64,000 bases of DNA from Octopus vulgaris (Eukaryota), in contig OX597816.1 in assembly GCA_951406725.2 (NCBI GenBank), positions 158,224,001 to 158,288,000 of the forward strand, in the 5' to 3' direction. The notes under the pieces were generated by a model. It did not search any database, had not been told where the DNA came from, and saw only the letters and a program-made list of their open reading frames with translations. Made by a program: the position numbers and the translations under genes. Positions 27,001-37,500 of the stretch are shown piece by piece (within the stretch, counting starts at the first letter, position 1; every line of letters starts with the position of its first letter).

Positions 27001-30000
27001 AGATTTCAGTGGATGGAAACTGAAAGAAGCCTGTTGTGTGTGTGTCTACTTGTATCTTCTTGTCTTGACATTGCATGATAGTTGTAAATGAGTGTTACTG
27101 TCGTACAAGCAGTGTCAGTCATTTCTGATACAATATCTGTTTCAACACAAGATTTCACATCAAGAATCTTGCAAAACAAATATATATATATATGGATCTT
27201 TACCTTTTGTCCTACAGATTTAAAAAATTATTTTTTCTAACTAAACACTTTGAAACTTCAAACACTGGTAGAATGTATCATATAAAACATGTTTTACTCT
27301 TAGCATTTTTGAGAAAAACTTATATTTATGAAGATATTTCACCTTAAAGTTCTCGTATTTCGGTAATTTCACTCAATCAATGAAATGTATTCAGCTGAAT
27401 AAAATTACTGCTGTTGTTTGTCAAAAAGGACTTCCAGCGGTGTATATTTCGTTTGTCACTGTTATTTATGACAACCCTAACCCTAAAACCCTAAAACCAG
27501 TACAAACGCACAGACGATGTCATAAATAACAGTGACAAACAAAAATACACTGCCGATAGTTGTTGACAAACAACGGCAGTAATTTTATTCAGCTGAATAC
27601 ACGTCATTGATTGGTTGAAATTACTGAGATACGACAACTTTAAGGTGAAATATCTTCATAAATATAAGTTTTTCTCAAAAATGCTAAGAGTAAAATATGT
27701 TTTATATGACATATTCTACCAGTGTCCGAAGTTTGAAAGTGTTTAGTTACAAAAAATTATTTTTCAAATCTGTGGGTCTAAAGGTAAAGATACATATATA
27801 CATACACACACACACACACACACATGAGTTTTATTTTCCAGTAGATGTCATTCTCTGTCATAAAGTATTTATGAAATGCTTCAGATTATTGGTAAAAACT
27901 GTAAAGGATATTTTGACCTTAAACAATGGACAATATTTTTCCTCCTTTTCAAAATGACTTCTTGTTTATAGAGGCCAAGGAAACTGGAATTAATACCTTT
28001 CAGAATATAATTTTATTCTTACAAATTCTGAATCCAAATGATGCTTGTTTTAATTTTGTTACTTCTACTTGCATTGTTGAGAAAACCAATACCAGTTATA
28101 TACCAGTGTTAATTAAATCAGCTCTATTTTGTCCTGTAAAATTTGAGTCTTGTGCTTTCTTGAAAGAGATCATTATATTGAATTACCATTGCAAATTGTG
28201 AAATAATTATTTTTCAGTCACATGATCAAGTGATGATTTTATTAAACAAACTGCTGAGTGATGTTGTTTCCCAACCTAATTTACCACAGTCCAACCGAGA
28301 AAGACTCCGAGCTTTGGCATTAGACATTGCCCAACGGTAGGTATTAAAGCTTCTTTTAATGTTTTAGAAGATCTCTTATTGTTTCATATTATGTAATATA
28401 TCCATTTCCAAGTAGATTCTCTAGTCTTGTTGCAGACAGCTGCTCTAGCATCTGTGGCTCAATAAAATGTACCCTGTCTATGTTGTAAAGTGTTGGCAAT
28501 AGGAAGAGCATCTAACTGTTAATAAAAAGAAAGAAAAAGCTCTGCCAAAACATGACATACACTCAAAAAGCAGGTGGTGGTTTCTTATACTGCTCTGTGT
28601 GTGTGTGTGCTAGATGATGAAAGACCATGGCAAGGTGCAATGAGAACTTTGCAAGCAGTAAAATTAGAAGAGACAGAGGTAAGAAACTTTGTTTGTGAAC
28701 TGGAGTTTGAAGACTGATCTCAAAATGCTGAGCTTTATGAAGGAAATGACAAAGGACAGAGATATGTGGTGTGTTGCTTATTCAAGAAGACCAGCTCATC
28801 ACAACAGAATTGATATCTAAAAATCACAGTGGCACTTAAAAAAGCATTGGTGATGGTACCATGTAAAAAATTCTGGTGCTGGTGTCACATAATAAGCACT
28901 GGAAATGGTACCGTATAAAAAGCACTGGTGATGGTGCCACATACAAAGCACTGGTGATGGTGCCACATAAAAAGCACTGGTGATGGTGCCACATAAAAAA
29001 CACAAGTGATGGTGCCACATAAAAAGCACTAGTGATGGTGCCACATACAAAGCACTGGTGATGGTGCCACATAAAAAGCACTGGTGATGGTGCCACATAA
29101 AAAGCACTGGTGATGGTGCCACATACAAAGCACTGGTGATGGTGCCACATAAAAAACACAAGTGATGGTGCCACATAAAAAGCACTGGTGATGGTGCCAC
29201 ATAAAAAGCACTGGTGATGGTGCCACATACAAAGCACTGGTGATGGTGCCACATAAAAAAGCACAAGTGATGGTGCCACATACAAAGCACTAGTGATGGT
29301 GCCACATACAAAGCACTGGTGATGGTGCCACATAAAAAGCACCGTGATGGTGTCACGTAAAAAGCTCTGGTGATGGTACCACATAAAAAGCACCCTGTAC
29401 ATTAAAGTGGTTGGCTTTAGGAAGGGCATCTAGCTGCAGAAACCATGCCAAAGCAAACTGGAATCTAGTGCAATGCCTGGCCTTGCCAGCTCCTTTCAAG
29501 TCATCCAACCCATGCCAGCATTGAAAACAGACATTAAAGATGATGATGGTGAGTGAAAGCTACTGAAGTAGAATTAGAAGAGATAGAGGAAAGAGACTGA
29601 TTCTATAAGTCAGCGATTGGTGTGTGTGTGTGTGTGTTAGTGAGTGAAGGCCTTTATCAATCAAAAAGCTGTCTTTTAGCTGGTGTGTGTGTGTGTGTAT
29701 CGGGCAACAGCAACAATCTTCAGTCTATGAGTACAGTACTTTAATCTTTTCTTAACATGGGCAGAAGTTTCATCATCATCATTTAGCGTCTGTTTTCCAT
29801 GCTAGCATGGGTTGGACGGTTCAACTGGGGTCTGGGAAGCCAGAAGGCTTCATCAGGCCCAGTCAGATTTGGCAGTGTTTCTACGGCTGGATGCCCTTCC
29901 TAACGCCAACCACTTCGCGAGTGTAGTGGGTGCTTTTTACGTGCCACCCGCACAGGAGCCTGACTGAGCTGGCAAACGGCCACGATCGGATGGTGCTTTT

Positions 30001-30706
30001 ATGTGCCACCGGCACGGGGGCCATGCTAGGCTGGCAACGGACACGAACGGATGGTGCTTTTACGTGTCACCGGCATGGGGGCCAGGCGAGGCTGGCAACG
30101 GGCACGAACGGATGGTGCTTTTACGTGTCATTTGTGCTTGCGTTTATCTGATTTAAAAAAAACATTTTTGCTATCAGTATTCGGTATCTATTTTTCCACA
30201 CCAACCAGCAATGATGATTTCTATGCTTACCACTTCACACGCACTCACATGCTTATGTGCATATATGAGTGTGTGGAAGAAGCAGGGTGGTAAACATTTT
30301 ACAATTGGATGCTTTTTCTTAACCACTAACTTTCCTAACTATGAAGTAGGAGCAGAATCTGCTAAAGCAAGCAGTCTGAAGCACACATACAATTTCTTTA
30401 ATTAGTCATGTGATTTCAACGAATCACTAATTTGTAACTCCCTTACTGAGAATTATTGACATCTGATTACAATGAACTTTATTAAATTAGATGATTAAGA
30501 AGTAGATTTATATTGATTTTTTTTTTTTCCTATTTTGTTTTTCATTTTATTTTAACATTTTTAGCTGAGCTGTAAAAGTAATTGTAAATATTTATAAGTG
30601 AATTACAAAATTTGCAAAAAATTAGATTTTTATTAAATTAGTTTCTTCAATTCTAGTTTTTCAGGAAATGAAAAAAAAATTTTATTTATGAAAGTCTGCT
30701 CTCTAT

Positions 30707-30758
<52 letters not shown>

Positions 30759-31485
30759 ATTTGATTTGTGTATGTGATAGAATTATAGACCATGGTAAAT
30801 TCTTGAGAATGGCTTTAAGAGCAACACATTATTTTGGATAAATATCGTGGCAGAATATTGAGTGATGATTGACTATAATTAATTTTATTAATTGTATGAT
30901 TGAAAAGACTATTTTGATTTACAAACTTTTTTTTTGAAATTATAAAGGTAATGGTTAACAAATTTGAAATTACAAAAGCTGTGAAAAATTCAATTAGAAA
31001 AAATTTTTCACTTTGTTTTTTGTTTCTTCAATGAGTAGTCTTAGGTTACAGAATGGTTAAGGTTCCTTCCTATGGAAGTGGTGGCAGTTAGTGTATTGAC
31101 TTTAAAAAATGTACAAGACATTTTAGTTGCAAATCTCTTGACTAAAATTTAAGATGTTAATGTTTCGAATAAAAGTTAGTTACAAGCAAAGCTGTGCAGT
31201 TAAGTCCACTTTGTAATCATATGGTTTCAGGTTCAATCTCACTGTACAGCATCTTGGGCAAGACTCTTCTGCTATAGCCCTGAGCCTTGTGGTGAATTTA
31301 TTAGACAGAAATTGCAAAGAAGCTTGTCACGTGTGTGTGTATGTGTCATCATCATTGTCCTCATCATAGATCTGCTTTCCATCCTGGCAGGGGTTGGATC
31401 AGAACTGGTGAGCTGCAAGGATGTGTTGAGTTCTAATCTCAGCTTCCATGTTGTTTCTACTCTGGATGCACTTCTCAATGCCAAA

Positions 31486-31518
<33 letters not shown>

Positions 31519-34500
31519 GTGAAGGCGCATGGCTCGGTGGTTAGAGCGTTGAGCTTACGATCGCGAGGTTGTGAGTTTGAATCCCGGACCGGGATGCGTG
31601 TTGTGTTCTTGAGCAAGACACTTTATTTTACGTTGCTGCAGTTCGCTTGGCTGTAGAAATGAGTTGCGACATCACAGGTGCCAAGCTGTATCAGCCTTCG
31701 CCTTTCCCTTGGATAACACTGGTGGCATGGAGAGGAGAGACCGGTATGCATGGGCGACTGCTGGTCTTCCATAAACAACCTTGCCCGGACTTGTGCCTGG
31801 AAGGGTAACTTCCTAGGTGCAATCCCATGGTCAGTCATGACTGAAGGGGGGTCTCAGCATATATATATTTCTGTATTACAGTACTAAGTGATCCTGTCAG
31901 TGCAGGTGCCACTTAAAAGCACCCAGTTCACACTGTAAAGTGGTTGGTATTAGGAAGGGCATCCAGCTGTAAAAATCTTGCCAAAACAGTCACAGAAACC
32001 TGGTGCAAGCTTCTGCCTGGCCAGCTCTTGTAAAACCATCCAACCCATGCAAGCATGAAAGATGGATGTTAAACGATAATGATGATGAACAAGAGGTTGC
32101 TGGTTTTAAGGGTATTGTGAAAGGCCTGGTTGGAGGTCCAACCTTCTGAGTTCTTTTACAGGGTTTAGAAAAACTGAAGGACCACTGCAATAAGTGTGTG
32201 AATCTGAGAGGTGAATTTGTTGAACAAATTTGTAATTAACTGATCCTCCTGTATTTTCTTTTACCTAAAGCCAGGAATTTTTCAGCATCCCCCCACCTCT
32301 CACTCTATATATATATATATTTGTATGTTGTTTTTCTTTACAGATACCAGTCACTTGGACATAATGCAACAAGGGATAATACCAATACTTTCTTCCTCAT
32401 GTTAGACTTGATGACCTTTTTTGACCAATATCACAGTGGTAACCTCTCTGGTGCCTTGGAGGTTTGTCTTTGCCTTAATCTCTCTTCTATGAACTGAAAT
32501 GCAGTATCTTTCCATCTCTGTGCCTAAACAATCAAGCTTAATCCTTTTGTTATCATACTTCTATTGAAATATGTTACCTTTGATTCGATTAATTTTTAAA
32601 ATAATGAAGAATTTATCACAAAGATCATTGCAGACATTTGGATATGCTGCAAGAAGCTTGTTTCCCAACCACATGATTGTGAGTTCAGTTCCATTGCATG
32701 GCACCTTTGGCAAATGTCTTTTGCCATAGCTCTAGGCTAGCCAGAGCCTTGTGAGGGGGTTTGGTAGATGGAAACTTAAAGACTGTCTGGCACCTGTGCA
32801 GGTGGCACGTAAAAAGCACCCACTACACTCACGGAGTGGTTGGCGTTAGGAAGGGCATCCAGCCGTAGAAACACTGCCAAATCTGACTGGGCCTGATGAA
32901 GCCTTCCGGCTTCACAGACCCCAGTTAAACCGTCCAACCCATGCTAGCATGGAAAACGGACGCTAAATGATGATGATGATATAAGTAAATAAATGTACAG
33001 GGGAAGAATTCACAAAAAAAAAACAAAGACAAAGACAGGTGGTGTAGACAACAAATAGATGTATTAGTATAACACTCGGGAAGTGAAAATGTCTTTAATG
33101 TTTCGTGACTATACTCTTCCAGAGAAAGAAACAAGGAGAGAAAATAAAGAATGTGTAGTGGCTAGCGATCTATCATGGCGAATGGATAAATAAATGTATA
33201 TATGTGAGTGTGTGTGTGTTTGTGTCTCTTTGTCCTGTCATCACGTGATGGTTCACTATCATCTTTTCAAGTGTTGGGCCTCATGTAGGCAAGGTGGCTG
33301 AGTTCCTTTTGAACAGGCCTCATGGAGCCAAGGTGGCTGAGTTCCTTTCGAACATTGGGCCTCATGGAGGCGAAGTGGTTGAGCTTTCGAGTGTTGGGCC
33401 TCACTGAGACAATGACCAAGAGTTTTGTCGTATCTTGCTTGAAAAGAAGACCCATCAAGCTGAGCAAAATTGCAGTCGTGGCAAATGCTGGTGTCACACA
33501 AATTGGCACCTGTGTTGGTGGCATGTAAAGCCACCCCAGTGTCACGCAAATGGCACCCACGCCTGTAGCACATTACAAGCACCCATTACATTCTCGGAGT
33601 GGTTGGTGTTAGGAAGGGCATCCAGCCATAGAAAACCATGCCAAACCAGACTGGATCCTGGTGCAGCCTTCCAGCTTGCCGGCCCAGTCAAATTGTTCAG
33701 CCCATGCCAGCATGGACAACAGACGTTAAATAATTTTGATGATGATACAAGCAGTGTCATTCATTTCCAATGTCTTGCATCTGGAAATATTACCTGCTTG
33801 GAGACAAGTCAGAGTTGGTAATAGGAAAGAGATCTGGCCATAGAAGATCTGCCTCTAAGCAAGCATGGTAAAAGTGGATGTCAAAATGATGATGACTTCA
33901 TCATAGTTTAAGCTGGTGTTTAGAACCAAATTAATAAAGAAATTTTAATGGAAGGTTGCAATTTTGGACAATTTTAAAAAAAATCTATCTCGACTTTATA
34001 TATCTTTTTATATCTCTGTTAGAAGAACATTGGTGAATTAGTAGCTGTAATATACTGGAGCTATTTATTTGTTACCTAATCAAATTAATCTTTATCCTTC
34101 CAGGTGATTGGAAAATTGAAAGTTGTTCCGTTAGAAGTTGATTGTGTAAAAGACAGCATCACCAATTTCAATTATTTCTCAGATGAGGTAAAATATTCTT
34201 GTGAATCATTAAAAAGCAATCTGACATACGTTTGCCGTAGTTTTATTGTTATTTCAGTATCATTCTTTCTTTTTCATACAATACGTCATCTGTCTGACTC
34301 TCTTTCTAAATACCTGTTTATTTATTCTAGATTCGCAAATGTTTACCAGATATCCTATTAGCCACAATGCAAATCCTTAATGCCATTTACCGACAAACAA
34401 GGTGAGTTTGCATTTTTAATAACTGACCTTGTATTTGTATTTTGAGTTTTCTTTAGGAACAGGCATGGCTGTGCGGTAAGAAGCTTGTTTCCCAACCACG

Positions 34501-37500
34501 TGGTTCTGAGTTCAGTTCCTCTGTTTGACACTTGGGGTAAGTGTCTTCTACAGTAGTCCTTGGCCAACCAAAGCCGTGTAAGTGGATTTGGGAGGTAGAA
34601 ATTGTAAAAAAAACTGTGACACATGTCTTCTTTTCCTGACATTGCATGATAGTTATAAAATGAATGTCACTGTCCTACAAACAGTGTCATTTCTTTCCAA
34701 TCCTCTGCAAAAACATGCCTGGCCATGAGGAAATGTTACCTTGCTTGGAAATAGACAAGGCATGAGGCATAGATAATATGCCTCAATAAACTCCATCCAA
34801 TCCATAATAGCATGGGATTCTTCATGGAGACTGAAATGAATTTGAAGTGGGGAAGGTTTGGAAGAGAATTTCTTTTTTACTGGTTTTAATGTAAACAACA
34901 CAACCATCTTGTCACAAATGTTTATAACATTATATCCAATTTTTATAAAAAACATAACATTCAAAAGCTTACACCATAAATCACATGAATGATAAAAGAT
35001 CTGCTACATTGGGACACCATGAAGATTTCTGGATAAATACAAAAATATCTGTATGAATTATATTTTCTGCAAGATACTTTATGAGAGTTATGCATTGAAA
35101 CAAATTTTGTGTCTAGGGAAAGTCATTATGTCAATATTGATAGACCCTGGAAGACCTGGGATGAGGTAGTGAAGCATGACTTTGGAACGTTGGGCCTCAC
35201 AGAGGCAATGATAAGTGACCGAGAACTTTGGAGACATGCTATACTTGAGAAGACCTGGCAAGCCAAGTGAGACCATAGCCATGGCCTATGCCAGTCCCAC
35301 CGGACTGGCTCCCATATCGGTGGCTCATAAAAAGCAGCATACAAGTGTGGTTGATGCCAGTGCCGCCTGACTGGTCCCCGTGCCGGTGGCACGTAAAAAG
35401 CACCCACTATACTCTTGGAGTGGTTGGTGTTAGGAAGGGAATCCAGTTGTAGAAAACTTGCCAGTCCTTAGTCAAACCATCCATGGAAAGCAGATATTAA
35501 ACGACGAAGGTGATGATGGTTCAATTCCACTCCTTCATTATTAGTTAATTGGTTAATTACCAATCCATTTAACCCATTAACATATAAATGAGTGAAATTG
35601 AACCATTGTGTGTGCTATTAATATTAGCATAATGATATTCCTGTGACACAAAATTTACTTACATGCATGAATTCACATAAAGAATTGTGCAAACCAAATG
35701 CAAAAAGGAAGTAAATCAGTGTCTGATGTTCTCCAGTTCATGTATTACATAATGATTTCACCCTTTGGCATTTAAACTAATTCTATGAAGCTCAAAAATA
35801 CTATTGTTTCATGTTCAAACTGGTTGAACTTGGCCTCTTACACTTACACTACAGTGTCATTCTAAAAATACACAATCACATCATCAAAATCTCAAAGCTA
35901 CCAGATAATGCATTTCAAAATATTTGTGGAAGATTGATGATAAGCTTGTTGACTTATAGAGTAAAACAAAACATAAAAGATGACATTGTCTCGATTATTG
36001 TTGCAGTAAAGTACCAAATATGTGGATTAAGAGGATTTTTCCTGTTTTACTGCATTCCTAATTCCTTATTTGTAATTAAACCTGAATTTGAGTTTGAAAA
36101 CCACATGGCTCCGGATTCAGTCCAACTGTGTGGCACTTTGGGTTACTGTCTTCTACTATAGCCTCGGGCTGACCAAAGCCTTGTGAGTGGATCTGGTAGA
36201 TGGAAACTGAAAGAAGCCCATCACATATATATATGTATGTATGTGTGTGTGTATGTCTGTGTTTGTACCCCCAACATTGTTTGACAACCTATGTTGGTGT
36301 GTTTATGTCCCTGTAACTTAGTGATTCGGCAAAAGAGACTGATAGAATAAGTACATAGCTTACAAAGAATAAGTCCTGGGGTCAATTTGCTCGGCTAAAG
36401 GCAGTGCTCCAGAATGGCTGCAGTCAAATGACTGAAACAAGTAAAAGAATAGTTTCATCATCATCATTGTTTAACGTCCGTTTTCAATGCTGGCATGGGT
36501 TGGACAGTTTGACTGGGGACTAGCAAGCCAGCAGGCTGCACCAAGCTCCAATCAGATCTGGCATTGTTTCTACAGCTGGATGCCCTTCCTAATGCTAACC
36601 ACTCTGAGAGTGTTGTGGGTGCTTTTTACGTGCTACCAGCACAGGAGCTAGTCAGGCGGCACTGGCATCGGCCACATTTGGATGGTGCTTTTTACGTGCT
36701 CCCGGCATAGGAGCCAGTTGGGGTGGAGTGGCTAGTATTGACCACGTTTGGATGGTGCTTTTAACGTGCCAACGGCATGGGATAATTTGTTTCTACTTCT
36801 TTCGTTAGGCTTTGTGTTGATGTTGATTTATGAAACCTGTCCTAACATTGTGATTGACTTCAGTTTTCCATTTTCTTGATAATTTTTTTTTTATATTTCT
36901 ACAGAAAGTCTTTTCCTCAAAGTCCAGGACCAATCAAAGCTATGGGAAGTGGTCAGGAAGCTGTAAGTATCTGTTAAGTAACCAGTATATGAAGAGTGTT
37001 TTTCTGGGTAACATTTTCCTTGAACTAGCTGTTTTAAATAGTATAATGCTGTGGCCAGAGATAATAGATAAACCTGCTGTTTGATATAGGATAAGAGCAG
37101 AACAGGATTTCCTTCTATGTGACTAGTCATACTTGCAACTAAAGATGGAGGAAAAAAATGAATTTATTAGCATTTGACAAACAAAGCCTTAAATAGTTGC
37201 TAAAGTATTAGGTTTGTCTCATTAACTTTACTTTTTCTTTTTTACATGAATTTAACACTAGGGTCTTATATCTATGATGGAAATGATTCTATTTCTTGTG
37301 CTCTGAAAAATCTGTTTAATTATTTCTATAAGGTTATGTATATAAAAAAAACAAAACATTTAGCATGAAATGTTTCTATTTTGTTCTTCACTCGTTTATT
37401 ACTGTTCTTATTGTCACTTATGTCCATTGTCTGGAAATCTTTCATCACACATCTGTGACTTCTTCAACGACACTCTTCGTCTTTGTGTGTGCTCCTCGTC

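Noticed and set aside
27473-27498. True telomere or chromosome fusion site
   Set aside because: Only 3-4 imperfect units inside a transposon in an intron.
28817-29429. Long His/Cys-rich ORFs (MWHHHQCF repeats), also at 49536-49985
   Set aside because: These are translations of a 26-bp minisatellite that is open in several frames because the unit lacks stops on that strand.
31521-31600. tRNA gene
   Set aside because: A and B boxes are present but there is no proper acceptor stem or terminator; it continues into a SINE body.
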